64,000 nucleotides of DNA from a virus. Taxonomy: Duplodnaviria; Heunggongvirae; Uroviricota; Caudoviricetes. A program made the translations under genes and the position numbers. Shown piece by piece: positions 8,769 through 18,250 of this stretch. How positions within the stretch are numbered: position 1 is the stretch's first letter; the number at the start of each line of letters is the position of its first letter. Where the stretch lies: IMG/VR virus record IMGVR_UViG_3300042905_002309, positions 169,278 to 233,277 of that record; one strand, given 5' to 3'. The notes below the pieces were generated by a model that saw only the letters and a list, made by a program, of their open reading frames with translations, had not been told where the DNA came from and searched no databases.

Positions 8769-9446
8769 ATGCCAAATCATTATGCAACAAAGTTAGAGTT
8801 TACACACCCTGCACAATTGGCTATTGTTAAAGCTTTGTACAAGAATAAGGATTATGAAATCTGTCGTGATGTGATGCCAATGCCTGACATTTTTAATCAC
8901 ACTCAATCACCTTCCAATGGAATGTATTGTGAAGATGATCCACAATATCCTAAGTGTGGTATTAAAATTGGTGTGCGTGAGTTTACAGCAGAAGAACGTT
9001 TTATCTTTGTGCGAGAAGGTGTTGATAACTGGTATGATTGGGCTAATAAGAATTGGGGTACGAAGTGGGGAACCTATGATGCATCTTTTAGAAATGGATG
9101 CATGTATTTTAATTCAGCTTGGTGTCCACCGCAAGAAGTGATTTTCCAGAAATTTGCTGATAAATATAGTCTAAGTTTTGATGTTTGGGGTCATGATGAA
9201 GGTGTCAAAGATTTTGATTACTCTGGTGGATATGATGGTACTGATTATGAAGCACCAGAAGTTGATGTACAGGAACCTGTACAGGTTAAACGTATCAAAC
9301 CGATTAATCTTTGGGTAGTTGTTAAGGATGGTAAAGCTATTCCCGTTATATACTACACACGTAAAGAGGCACGTATGGTATCTAAGAAGGCTAAGACGTT
9401 TGGCATTAAATTAAGTGTTAAGAAAGCTTTGATTCAGAAAGGTTAA
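8769..9446 (+). CDS. hypothetical protein (225 aa)
   Basis: ORF track; ATG 8769, RBS aaaggaataaaatt. Confidence 0.6.
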   Translation: MPNHYATKLEFTHPAQLAIVKALYKNKDYEICRDVMPMPDIFNHTQSPSNGMYCEDDPQYPKCGIKIGVREFTAEERFIFVREGVDNWYDWANKNWGTKWGTYDASFRNGCMYFNSAWCPPQEVIFQKFADKYSLSFDVWGHDEGVKDFDYSGGYDGTDYEAPEVDVQEPVQVKRIKPINLWVVVKDGKAIPVIYYTRKEARMVSKKAKTFGIKLSVKKALIQKG

Positions 9447-9524
9447 TATGTTAGCATTTATTATTATGTGGAAGAGTGTTGTGAGTACGATTTGGAATGG
9501 TACAGAGAACAGCAATACAAATAA

Positions 9525-9773
9525 ATGAAATTTACATTCAGCTATGAGAAGAAGTATCTTGAACACGTAACGATTGATATTCCTGATGATCTTGAAGTCT
9601 TGAAAGAAGGTATGATTATAGAATACAATGATGTTTATATCGCCAATACTGACCATCGTTTGCATGATGCGGATCGTTGGCACGTTGGTACAAAATTTCA
9701 TTCAGATTATAACATGCCATTTTTTCGTAAAAAGATTGAGAAACCATTTGACACAGTTCACTTAATCGTGTAG
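9525..9773 (+). CDS. hypothetical protein
   Basis: ORF track. Confidence 0.5.
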   Translation: MKFTFSYEKKYLEHVTIDIPDDLEVLKEGMIIEYNDVYIANTDHRLHDADRWHVGTKFHSDYNMPFFRKKIEKPFDTVHLIV

Positions 9774-9803
9774 AGTATTAACAAGTAAGTAACAAAGGAG
9801 TTT

Positions 9804-10067
9804 ATGAAATCGGAACTAGAAGTAGCAATGTCAGAGAGTCTAAAAACTGTTTACCCTTATTTGGGAAAACATATGATGCGTCCAGATTTTTTACCATCGA
9901 CAATGGTAGTAGTGTTGTTTGTTGCGCCGAAATGCGGGGTAGTTATGTATGTGGGTGAAGATCATAATAAGACTTATAGTAGAAGTAAGAAATTGGGTGA
10001 ATGGCGTACTGATTGGATTGAAGGGGTATTTGAACGTTTTGAAGGTAAATTGGTGATGGAAAATTAA
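9804..10067 (+). CDS. hypothetical protein
   Basis: ORF track; RBS aaaggag. Confidence 0.5.
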   Translation: MKSELEVAMSESLKTVYPYLGKHMMRPDFLPSTMVVVLFVAPKCGVVMYVGEDHNKTYSRSKKLGEWRTDWIEGVFERFEGKLVMEN

Positions 10068-10068
10068 C

Positions 10069-10257
10069 ATGAAAACTAAGACACAAGAAAAGATTCAGTT
10101 GGCAAAGATGTATTATAATCTTATCATTGGTGATTGTTATGGACATAGACAATTAATGACCTATATGCGTTTGAAGTCGGAGTTGTTTGATAGTGGTTAC
10201 GAAGCTGATGAACAGGCAAAGAAAGTTGTTTTCAAGAAGTTTAATGTTAAAGGTTAA
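10069..10257 (+). CDS. hypothetical small protein
   Basis: ORF track. Confidence 0.45.
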   Translation: MKTKTQEKIQLAKMYYNLIIGDCYGHRQLMTYMRLKSELFDSGYEADEQAKKVVFKKFNVKG

Positions 10258-10276
10258 TTAAGAAAGGAATAAAATT

Positions 10277-10990
10277 ATGAAAGAGTCGAGTACGATTAGT
10301 GTGGTAGTTACAAAGGATAATAGCGTTGTGGCACTCTATGGCTATACGCCTGATGAGCAGGGTATCAAGGAAGCTAACGATCGTTACGGAAAACTTAGCA
10401 CGATTTATCTTGCCAAGTTTGAGTATAACGTTAGTCTCATTAAGTCAATGTACAAAGGTGCTAATGCATCCAATGTGCGTTATCTACAATCTAAGTATGA
10501 TGCGAAGCGTTTTGCCAAGATTGTTGATGGTAAGTTTGCAGAGATTAAGGAAGATGGTGTGAATCTTGGTGAAGTGGTCAACGGTCTTATCATCAAGGAT
10601 ATTCCTTATCTTCCTGAGAGTGGTGATTGGAAGGATTGTACCGAAGCGGATTACCAAGGTCTTGTGAAGCCTGTTGAACAGCCTGTGGCAAAGCCTATGG
10701 TTTGCAGTATCCACGAGTATATCAAGGATGTTGATGATAACCGTGTTGGTGTGTTCGTTGGTATTGGTGTCTGTGATTCAGGGTTCGATATCGGTTGGAG
10801 TAAAGTTAATGTGAACGCAGGTGATGTGTTCGATAAGTATGAAGGATTTAATATCGCTCTTAATCGAGCGCAAGAGTCTAAGCCTTATGAACAGAAGATT
10901 GCCGAAGTTCCTGATTCACTTTTGGATTACTACCAGTACTTCCAAGGTCGTTGTCAGCGTTACTTCAAGTGTGAACAGCTTTTGAAGTAA
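10277..10990 (+). CDS. hypothetical protein (237 aa)
   Basis: ORF track; RBS aaaggaataaaatt. Confidence 0.6.
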   Translation: MKESSTISVVVTKDNSVVALYGYTPDEQGIKEANDRYGKLSTIYLAKFEYNVSLIKSMYKGANASNVRYLQSKYDAKRFAKIVDGKFAEIKEDGVNLGEVVNGLIIKDIPYLPESGDWKDCTEADYQGLVKPVEQPVAKPMVCSIHEYIKDVDDNRVGVFVGIGVCDSGFDIGWSKVNVNAGDVFDKYEGFNIALNRAQESKPYEQKIAEVPDSLLDYYQYFQGRCQRYFKCEQLLK

Positions 10991-11006
10991 GAAGAAGGAT
11001 ATTAAG

Positions 11007-11174
11007 ATGCTTGAGATTTTTTACAATTGGTCGTTGATTATGGCGTGGATGATCGCAGTGATTCATGGATTTTGGATTATCTTGCGTTTCATTAGGTCAA
11101 AGGATGTACCGTATAACTTTGTACTCTATTGGTTCCTTGTGTCAGTTGCGTGGTTGATTGTGAATCGTGGATAA
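11007..11174 (+). CDS. small membrane protein (55 aa), not in track
   Basis: Read by eye; RBS gaagaaggat; two TM segments. Confidence 0.4.
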   Translation: MLEIFYNWSLIMAWMIAVIHGFWIILRFIRSKDVPYNFVLYWFLVSVAWLIVNRG

Positions 11175-11240
11175 GAAAACCTGAGTATTTCACAGAGTAG
11201 TTGACAAATCGATTACTCTGTGAGATACTTATTAATAGTT
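11172..11240 (+). promoter_or_regulatory. early promoter cassette copy 6 (TTGACA 11201-11206, GATACT -10)
   Basis: Consensus. Confidence 0.55.
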
Positions 11241-11279
11241 GGAAGTAAACAGCAACACATTAACAGGATAGTAATAAAG

Positions 11280-11447
11280 ATGAAGAGTTTTCGGGTGTAT
11301 ATTTATAACATTGATGGTGACAAGAATCCAGAGGATATCATTGATACCTACAAGATTTGGGGTATGACGGAGAAGGAAGTCATGACCAAGCTTAACACAG
11401 AGTTGGGTGAGGGTTCAGACGATTGGAGCGTTGAGGAAGTTAAATAA
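11280..11447 (+). CDS. hypothetical small acidic protein
   Basis: ORF track; ATG 11280. Confidence 0.45.
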   Translation: MKSFRVYIYNIDGDKNPEDIIDTYKIWGMTEKEVMTKLNTELGEGSDDWSVEEVK

Positions 11448-11721
11448 AATTAGGATAAACTTTTGGAATTTGCATGGATTTTGGTTCGTATTCTTCATGG
11501 CACTCTTTCCACGATTGACAATGTTAGTTACGGGTATTGCATTCATGCCGTATGCAGGATTGTTATATTGGTTTGGGTGGGTGTTAGCACCTCGATTGAC
11601 TGTAGCCGTTATTGCTACATTCATGTACTTTCACACTAATCCGATTTTGTGTGTGATTAGTTGGATTTGGGCTTTGGGTGGAGAATCAACTGAAAAGAAA
11701 TATGCTTGTAAATGTAAATAG
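11407..11721 (+). CDS. small membrane protein (start uncertain, GTG 11407 or ATG 11497)
   Basis: ORF track; hydrophobic. Confidence 0.4.
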   Translation: MRVQTIGALRKLNKIRINFWNLHGFWFVFFMALFPRLTMLVTGIAFMPYAGLLYWFGWVLAPRLTVAVIATFMYFHTNPILCVISWIWALGGESTEKKYACKCK

Positions 11722-11730
11722 GAGAATATT

Positions 11731-12057
11731 ATGTTAGACCATGAAATTGTTAATTTGACGAATACGATTATGGGTGTGTTGCGTGAACACGAATCACAAA
11801 TCACTCACACATCTTCAAAAGATCAAGATGAATTGATGCAAACCTTGGTCAAAGATGGTATTGAATTATTCTTCAAGAATCAGATTGCAGTGATCTGGAC
11901 GGTGGAAGATGTTCAGTCCGTGGCAAAAGGTGAAGGCATCGTAATGACCGATGATGAAGCCAATGAGATACTTGATCTAATGTTGGGCGATCATGATGCA
12001 AATGTTGGATTCAATTGGGATTCAATTCGATATACGGTATTGCATTACAAAGATTGA
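11731..12057 (+). CDS. hypothetical protein
   Basis: ORF track; RBS taggagaatatt. Confidence 0.55.
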   Translation: MLDHEIVNLTNTIMGVLREHESQITHTSSKDQDELMQTLVKDGIELFFKNQIAVIWTVEDVQSVAKGEGIVMTDDEANEILDLMLGDHDANVGFNWDSIRYTVLHYKD

Positions 12058-12167
12058 GAATAAATATTAGTAACAGCTAGACGAATGGATTGACAAATTA
12101 ACAAATCAATCGCCAGTAAATCTCCCCTGAAACTGGAAAGCGGGTATTAAGCCTCGCAACCTCCTTA

Positions 12168-12240
12168 TAAAAAACTTGAGTATTTCATAGAGTAGTTGAC
12201 AATGGAACGGCTGTAGTGCATACTTATTAACAGTTGAACG
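12168..12240 (+). promoter_or_regulatory. early promoter cassette copy 7 (TTGACA 12196-12201, CATACT -10)
   Basis: Consensus. Confidence 0.55.
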
Positions 12241-12276
12241 TCATTAGTAACAAATCAAAACGAAAGTGTGAAGATT

Positions 12277-12531
12277 ATGTGCGAAGTTAAAACATGTTTG
12301 GAATGCAAGAAACTCATCCCCTGTCACAAGAAGGCTGAGAAGCGTGAAATGGTTATTTGTGCGGATTTCATTGACATGTATCCTGATGATGATGGTACTC
12401 TCACGATGGAAGAGATTCAGGCACTCAATGCCAGTATTCCAGAGGATGTTATTGAACCTGATTATACGGGATGTGAAGATGATCCTAATGATGTTAATCC
12501 TTGTGAGGGTTGTACCCTTTGTGGAGAATAA
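12277..12531 (+). CDS. Cys-rich zinc-binding small protein
   Basis: ORF track; ATG 12277; CxxC x3. Confidence 0.5.
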   Translation: MCEVKTCLECKKLIPCHKKAEKREMVICADFIDMYPDDDGTLTMEEIQALNASIPEDVIEPDYTGCEDDPNDVNPCEGCTLCGE

Positions 12532-12548
12532 ATAAAATTTAATGTAAT

Positions 12549-12623
12549 GCTCCTAAAACTTTTATGGTGAAGTACCAGACTTTTAATCTGGTTAATTCAG
12601 TTCAAGTCTGAATAGGAGTACCA
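12549..12623 (+). tRNA. tRNA-Lys (anticodon UUU), CCA encoded
   Basis: Acceptor GCTCCTA/TAGGAGT (G1-U72), D-stem ACTT/AAGT, anticodon stem CCAGA/TCTGG with loop CTTTTAA, T-arm TTCAG-TTCAAGT-CTGAA, A73, CCA. Confidence 0.8.
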
Positions 12624-12738
12624 AAACAATCCAAGAATCCCCAAGAGTAACGTGGTAGGGATAAACGAAGCAACACATTCATAGGCTCATTAGTGTTGTT
12701 GTGAATGAGACAGGGTTACTCACACTTTAAGGAATGTT

Positions 12739-12912
12739 ATGAATCGAGAAGAATTTATTAAACAGTTTGTGCTAAACTATACCGCTATTAAGTTCGCTAA
12801 CACCAATATTGGGACTCAAAGTTATGTAGATACTAAACGAGCAATTGAGAATGCTACATTTCTCGCTAAATCTCTCGCATATCGAGTATGGGATGAACTA
12901 CATAAGGATTAA
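12739..12912 (+). CDS. small ORF (57 aa), not in track
   Basis: Read by eye; RBS aaggaatg. Confidence 0.4.
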   Translation: MNREEFIKQFVLNYTAIKFANTNIGTQSYVDTKRAIENATFLAKSLAYRVWDELHKD

Positions 12913-12919
12913 ATTTAAT

Positions 12920-13168
12920 ATGAAATATGTTATCGGTGATGATCTTTTTGCAGTAATTTTTAATGAAGCTATTTCACATGACAAGGTTCGTTGTGGTATG
13001 CGTATCACGAGTGCAGGGTTCTGTAGCATAGACCATAGCGGAGAAGATAGGTGTTTTGAAGATGATGTTATTGTGAAGGTTTGGGGAAAATCGGTCAGTC
13101 TAGGACTCGATTCACTTCCTGATGATGCAGAAATTATAAAGCAAACACTCAGTTTTAAAGGATTTTAA
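12920..13168 (+). CDS. hypothetical small protein
   Basis: ORF track; ATG 12920, RBS aaggattaaattt. Confidence 0.45.
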   Translation: MKYVIGDDLFAVIFNEAISHDKVRCGMRITSAGFCSIDHSGEDRCFEDDVIVKVWGKSVSLGLDSLPDDAEIIKQTLSFKGF

Positions 13169-13171
13169 TTT

Positions 13172-13254
13172 GGCTACGTGGTGGAATTGGCATACACAAG
13201 GGACTTAAAATCCCTCGCTTCGGCATAAGGGTTCGACTCCCTTCGTAGCCACCA
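13172..13254 (+). tRNA. tRNA-Leu (anticodon UAA), long variable arm, CCA encoded
   Basis: Acceptor GGCTACG/CGTAGCC, anticodon stem AGGGA/TCCCT with loop CTTAAAA, variable hairpin, T-arm AAGGG-TTCGACT-CCCTT, A73, CCA. Confidence 0.8.
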
Positions 13255-13260
13255 ATTTAT

Positions 13261-13380
13261 GGGAACGACCTATATGATAGATATGTTTAGTACTGGACAT
13301 ATTAATTCTATAATGGTAGATAGGTGAAAAGGGGTAGATATACCCAATATGTGGAAGTTCGACTCTTCCCGTTCCTGCCA
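13261..13380 (+). tRNA. atypical 120-nt tRNA-like gene (acceptor GGGAACG/CGTTCCT, T-arm GGAAG-TTCGACT-CTTCC, G73, CCA); internal ~35-nt insertion, isotype unresolved
   Basis: Ends fold canonically, the interior does not; possible intron or extra arm. Confidence 0.45.
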
Positions 13381-13387
13381 ACTTGAA

Positions 13388-13450
13388 AAGAAAACTTGAG
13401 CATTTTAAAACAATATTGACAATTTAATCAGAAAGGTGTAAAGTATTAAT
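13388..13450 (+). promoter_or_regulatory. promoter cassette variant (same A-rich upstream element, TTGACA 13416-13421, divergent -10)
   Basis: gaaaacttgagcatttt...ttgaca. Confidence 0.4.
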
Positions 13451-13451
13451 T

Positions 13452-13625
13452 ATGACTATACAAGATGCTAAAGAGGTGCGTATCGGTGAATCGGTGTTGG
13501 TGAATGGTTGTTTGTCAACTGTGCTAAACACTATGCCATTGTCGGCAGATAAGGTGTTATTTGAAGTATGTAATAAATATGATGGTGTTATCGATGTAAC
13601 CCATCAAGAGATTGAATTGTTTTAA
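13452..13625 (+). CDS. small ORF (57 aa), not in track
   Basis: Read by eye. Confidence 0.4.
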   Translation: MTIQDAKEVRIGESVLVNGCLSTVLNTMPLSADKVLFEVCNKYDGVIDVTHQEIELF

Positions 13626-13650
13626 GGATAAATTGTGATGTAACAAGTAA

Positions 13651-13836
13651 ATGAAAGCCAAACCAATACCAAAAGTTTGTAAGTTTTGTGAAGTAGTGCC
13701 TGAATTGAAACGAGCGTCTAACCAGTTCAGGTATGAATGTCCTAAGTGCTTCTTATGCACACCTTTATATAAGAATAAGGTGAGGGCTAGAGGATATTGG
13801 AATAAATTTAATAAGAACTTGAAGAGTGAATTATGA
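13651..13836 (+). CDS. zinc-ribbon small protein (CKFCE...CPKC)
   Basis: ORF track. Confidence 0.5.
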   Translation: MKAKPIPKVCKFCEVVPELKRASNQFRYECPKCFLCTPLYKNKVRARGYWNKFNKNLKSEL

Positions 13837-14066
13837 AAAAAATTAAAGTAACTGGTTATGTGATTGAGACACCAGACGGTGATACACTCGATTCAACGTT
13901 TGATAATGATCCTACTGAATGTATCGGCAGATTTATGTATAAGTTTAATATCTTCACTAAACTTAATGAAGATGATCCATATCTTGATTATATTTGTTGG
14001 AATGATTTGTATGAAGATGGGTATCGAGTTGTGCCAGTAACTTTGACAGGAGTTGTAAGCAAATGA
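13833..14066 (+). CDS. hypothetical protein
   Basis: ORF track; ATGA overlap. Confidence 0.5.
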   Translation: MKKIKVTGYVIETPDGDTLDSTFDNDPTECIGRFMYKFNIFTKLNEDDPYLDYICWNDLYEDGYRVVPVTLTGVVSK

Positions 14067-14326
14067 GTATGCACATTAACGGTATGCCAATTGAAGTCTT
14101 TCGTCAGCAGATTCGTTTCAGCAAGGCGAAGAACATCACAGGTGATGCAGACCTTATCATTGGTGCATCACAGCCCCTTGACGATCAGATTAAATTTAAT
14201 GTGAACCCTGTAACTGGTACAATTGAGGTCTTGACAAGTGAAGTGCCTTCTGTTAGTGTTGTACCGATGGTTGAAGAAGTAAAAGAAATAGTAAATAAAG
14301 GAGAAAAAGATGAGCAAAACGTTTAA
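14063..14326 (+). CDS. hypothetical protein
   Basis: ORF track; overlap. Confidence 0.5.
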   Translation: MSMHINGMPIEVFRQQIRFSKAKNITGDADLIIGASQPLDDQIKFNVNPVTGTIEVLTSEVPSVSVVPMVEEVKEIVNKGEKDEQNV

Positions 14327-14504
14327 AACTAAGAATGACCCTTCTTTCCGTATTCCTACTGTTGTGATTGAAGTTCGTGGTGGAGTTCCTAATATTGTAA
14401 GGAAAGATAAATGTATCTCGTTGGTAATCAAGGACATGGATTGTGGTGATGATAATGAGAAACTTGGTAAAGATATCGTATCTCTTTCATATGAGAAAGT
14501 TTAA
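14310..14504 (+). CDS. hypothetical protein
   Basis: ORF track. Confidence 0.45.
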   Translation: MSKTFKTKNDPSFRIPTVVIEVRGGVPNIVRKDKCISLVIKDMDCGDDNEKLGKDIVSLSYEKV

Positions 14505-14513
14505 GAGTACAAT

Positions 14514-14777
14514 ATGTTCCTATTAATTCTAGTTATAGGTGTACTAACTGTATCACAGTATTACATGTGGGGTAAGATTCTTCGTTATGAAGGCGAAATG
14601 CGTATCATGAAGGAAGTTACCTTAAAGTTTATCAAGCGTTATTACAATCAAGATAGTGAATTGTATAAACGTGCTGACCAGATTGAGCGTACAAAGTGGA
14701 GTCCTGATATCATTGAAAACCACATGGCAGAAGGTAATCCACCCGCTGAAACATTGCTTCCTTTCGTAGGGCGATAA
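14514..14777 (+). CDS. small membrane protein
   Basis: ORF track; N-terminal TM helix. Confidence 0.5.
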   Translation: MFLLILVIGVLTVSQYYMWGKILRYEGEMRIMKEVTLKFIKRYYNQDSELYKRADQIERTKWSPDIIENHMAEGNPPAETLLPFVGR

Positions 14778-14850
14778 GAAAACATTAAAATTTCACGCAG
14801 TAGTTGACAAGTCACAGGGGATAGTTCATACTTATTGAAGTTGAGTGCAT
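14778..14850 (+). promoter_or_regulatory. early promoter cassette copy 9 (TTGACA 14804-14809, CATACT -10) driving rIIA
   Basis: Consensus. Confidence 0.55.
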
Positions 14851-14884
14851 AAGGCATCAAACGTAAAACAAGGTGAGATTAGTT

Positions 14885-17056
14885 ATGATTCAAAATGAGA
14901 TTAGAAATGTGATCGAGCGTTCAGATAGTTTTCCAGAAAAGACTTTCCAAATTGAGGCATCAGCAAAAGCTTTTCGTATTCTGTTTGATGGTTTGTACTC
15001 TGACAAGCCCACTGCAATCATGCGTGAATTGGGTTGTAATGCCTATGATGCACATGTCACGGCAGGTAAGGCAGACTTTAAGTTTGATGTACATCTTCCT
15101 AGTACACTTGAACCATTTTTCATGCTCCGTGACTATGGTATCGGGTTGGCACATGAAGACATTGTGACTATCTACACGATCTTGTTCAAATCCACCAAGA
15201 CTAATTCCAATGACCAAGTTGGATGCCTTGGATTGGGTTCTAAGTCTCCTTTCTCGTACACTGATAACTTCACTGTTATCTCGTATTTCAATGGTGTCAA
15301 GACGGTGTATAACATGTTCTTGAATGAGAATGATATCCCTGCTTACGCAACTTTGTTGACTGAGGAAACCACTGAACACAATGGACTTGAAATAAGTTTC
15401 TCTGTGAAACAGCAGGATATCTATACATTTTATTCCAAAGCACGAAGTACCTATACCTACTTCAAGACGAAACCCAATTTCATTGGACGTACCTGCGACA
15501 TTCCCGAAGTGACCTACATTCAGAAACGTGATGGTAAGTGGGGTTTGCGTGATGCTGATAGTTGGGGTAATGCCAATGCAGTTATGGGTAATGTTGCTTA
15601 TAGCATGGGTGGAGCCGACTTTGATACGCTTACGACAGAAGAAAAGGCTATCTTGAAGTTGAATATCGATATCTTTTTCAATATCGGTGAATTGGATGTT
15701 GCCGCTAGTCGTGAAAAACTTTCATACAACACACAAACCAAGAAAAACATTAAGGATAAACTAACTCTTATTGTTAAAGAGTTGGCAGAAGAACTTAATA
15801 ATGAGATTGCCAACTGCAAAAGTCTTTGGGATGCTAAGATTTTGTTGCATGAATTGACCAGTGGTTCCATGAAAGTTTTCCGTAATATTGTGGAAAATAT
15901 TTCCGTCACATTCAATGGTGAACCTGTCGGTAAAGAGGAAATTTGTTTCGGTGAGACAGATTATCATTCATTCAATGTTACTTCACATCTTTTCACGAAA
16001 ACTAGACGTTCTAATCGTGATCGTTATGGCTTCAATACGCTTCATTATCTTGTTGCTACAAAGTCACAGAAATTCTTTGCAGGTGATACCACAAAGAATG
16101 TTAAAGCACGTATTACCAAGTACATACAGGAACAGAAAGCTTTGGGTGTGGAAAAGGTTATCGTAAATCTTATTCACTCTGCTCACCCTGATTTACTTAA
16201 CGAAGCTGTTAAAGCGTTCAAAGTTAAAATTGGTATGGCAGATGATGTTGTGATTACGCCTGTCAGTGAGTTACCTTTTGATAAGGTTGTGCGTTGCTCT
16301 AGTCAGTCTAGCGGTGGTGGTGTGTATAACTATAAGAATACCAAGAAGATTTTCAAGTATGTTGGTGGTGGTTATAGCGATGGTGACAATTGGGAAGTGG
16401 CTGAACCAGAGTTAGATGATGGTGGTGTCTATGTTATCATTAACCGATATCGCATTGACGGTGAGAAGGCACAAAGCTACCTTGACGAATATGTAAATTT
16501 ATTCGAAAAGATTAGTGATGAACCTGTCACGATCTATGGTATCAAGTCGAATGAGTATTCAGCTACTTTTGCACCTTTGACCAATTGGGTTCCGTTGAAG
16601 ACCTATACGGAAACTTTGGTTAAGGATTATATCAAAGACAATGAACTTGAAGAGATTGTGAATATCAGTAAGGCGTATAATAGTGATTCCGTGAAGTGTA
16701 CGACTGATTTGAATGGTTATCACAATCAAACTGCTCAAAACCGAACATACTTCGAAACTTACATTGATTCACTTAAAAATCTTGTAAAGTATAAAGATAA
16801 TATCGAAACGATTCTTGAACTTTTTACGAATAAAGAAATTATTCCTTTCTTGACACCGTATGTAACGCTTGACATTGATAAGATTGGTAAGTATCGTGAA
16901 ACGTTCAAAAGTATGTTTGAAAGTATCGAGATGGATTTCCCAATGATTCGTTTTGCGGATAACTTCAATGCCAATGGTTTACAGATTGTGAAAGACTATA
17001 TTGAAATAATGATTAAAAATTCAGGAATGCTTATTGACAATCCTGCGGTAGCGTGA
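14885..17056 (+). CDS. rIIA: rIIA protector-from-prophage-induced-lysis protein (GHKL ATPase-like N-domain)
   Basis: ASAKAFRILFDGLYSDKP...GLGSKSPFSYTDNFTVISY matches T4 rIIA (GFGLGSKSPFSYTD); 724 aa; ATG 14885 after RBS aaggtgag. Confidence 0.9.
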   Translation: MIQNEIRNVIERSDSFPEKTFQIEASAKAFRILFDGLYSDKPTAIMRELGCNAYDAHVTAGKADFKFDVHLPSTLEPFFMLRDYGIGLAHEDIVTIYTILFKSTKTNSNDQVGCLGLGSKSPFSYTDNFTVISYFNGVKTVYNMFLNENDIPAYATLLTEETTEHNGLEISFSVKQQDIYTFYSKARSTYTYFKTKPNFIGRTCDIPEVTYIQKRDGKWGLRDADSWGNANAVMGNVAYSMGGADFDTLTTEEKAILKLNIDIFFNIGELDVAASREKLSYNTQTKKNIKDKLTLIVKELAEELNNEIANCKSLWDAKILLHELTSGSMKVFRNIVENISVTFNGEPVGKEEICFGETDYHSFNVTSHLFTKTRRSNRDRYGFNTLHYLVATKSQKFFAGDTTKNVKARITKYIQEQKALGVEKVIVNLIHSAHPDLLNEAVKAFKVKIGMADDVVITPVSELPFDKVVRCSSQSSGGGVYNYKNTKKIFKYVGGGYSDGDNWEVAEPELDDGGVYVIINRYRIDGEKAQSYLDEYVNLFEKISDEPVTIYGIKSNEYSATFAPLTNWVPLKTYTETLVKDYIKDNELEEIVNISKAYNSDSVKCTTDLNGYHNQTAQNRTYFETYIDSLKNLVKYKDNIETILELFTNKEIIPFLTPYVTLDIDKIGKYRETFKSMFESIEMDFPMIRFADNFNANGLQIVKDYIEIMIKNSGMLIDNPAVA

Positions 17057-17103
17057 TAAAGTATTAGTAACGAGTGAGACAATAATAACAAAGGAGAATG
17101 AAA

Positions 17104-18186
17104 ATGCAAACAGTTGGTTCTATGATTAGTGGCAGTGGTAAGATTACGATCATCATTGGTTCAAAGGTTTATACCGTTGAAACCGATCATGTATCATATC
17201 AGGACATCCTTGGTGCGCTTCGTACTAAAGATTATTCTGAATTGGAAAACCTTTTGGAAGTGGGTAAGCAGATTAATAAGTTTGGTGAAGGTAAAGTGCA
17301 GGTTATCGATGGGATCATTTATTATGATTCTATGCCCGTACATTCGGCTTTGACTAATCGTATCATCTCTTTGATGAACCAGAAGATGCCTTTTGCACCT
17401 ATGGTTAAGTTCTTTGAGAATCTTATGCTTAATCCGAGCAAGAATACTTGCGATCAAATTTACACGTTCTTGGAGTTTAATGCACTCCCTATCTGTGAAG
17501 ATGGTTGTTTCTTCGCTTACAAGCGTGTGACGGAAGAGTTCAAAGACTTTTTTAGTGGTAAATTTGATAACAGCGTTGGTGCAGTTGTCAAGATGCCTCG
17601 TAACCAGTGTAACGATGATATGCACGTTACGTGTTCTACGGGTTTGCATGTGTGTTCAAAAGATTATCTTCCCTACTATCAGGGTGGTCAGGGTCGAATG
17701 ATTATTGTTAAAATTAATCCGAAGGATGTGGTTGCTGTTCCTGTGGATTATAAGAACACCAAGATGCGTTGCTGTGAGTATACGGTTGTGGCAGAAATTC
17801 CTAAGACTATTGAGGAACCTAATAGCAAGGAATACTTCACTGCTCCCTTGTACACTGCAAAGGGTGAAGTCGCTCAAGCTGTAACGAAAGTTAATAGTCC
17901 TGTGGAAGGTGCTGATCCGTATGAACTTGGTAGTGATGCCTTTGATCGTGGTGTGGATGATGATATGAATCCTTACGAATTTGGTACGGATGATTATGAT
18001 ACGTGGTTTGAAGGTTATCAAGACGCAGAAAACGATTGTTCTGCTTATGACGAGGAAGAAGATGAAGAAGATGATGGTGGCGAGGATACACAAGGTGAGA
18101 TTGAGTTTGATCGTTCCAAGTCCGATAGTGTTGTGACTACTTATCACAACGTGCGTGATAGTAAGGGTCGTTTCGTTAGTCGCTAA
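17104..18186 (+). CDS. rIIB: rIIB protein
   Basis: FDNSVGAVVKMPR...VTCSTGLHVCSKDYL matches T4 rIIB (FDNSVGKIVKM...SFGLHVCSKNYL); acidic C-tail; start 17098 or 17104. Confidence 0.85.
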   Translation: MQTVGSMISGSGKITIIIGSKVYTVETDHVSYQDILGALRTKDYSELENLLEVGKQINKFGEGKVQVIDGIIYYDSMPVHSALTNRIISLMNQKMPFAPMVKFFENLMLNPSKNTCDQIYTFLEFNALPICEDGCFFAYKRVTEEFKDFFSGKFDNSVGAVVKMPRNQCNDDMHVTCSTGLHVCSKDYLPYYQGGQGRMIIVKINPKDVVAVPVDYKNTKMRCCEYTVVAEIPKTIEEPNSKEYFTAPLYTAKGEVAQAVTKVNSPVEGADPYELGSDAFDRGVDDDMNPYEFGTDDYDTWFEGYQDAENDCSAYDEEEDEEDDGGEDTQGEIEFDRSKSDSVVTTYHNVRDSKGRFVSR

Positions 18187-18187
18187 T

Positions 18188-18240
18188 AGTTCCCTGCGGG
18201 GAGTGTGGTGTTACCCTCACCCACTCCCTGCCGTTTCGTT
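18188..18240 (+). terminator. stem-loop (GGGAGTG...CACTCCC) after rIIB, weak T tract
   Basis: Inverted repeat seen by eye. Confidence 0.4.
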
Positions 18241-18250
18241 TGAGGTATAT

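Noticed and set aside
14952-15167. Internal alternative-frame ORFs inside rIIA/rIIB and other long genes
   Set aside because: Fully nested within well-supported CDS; no independent signals.
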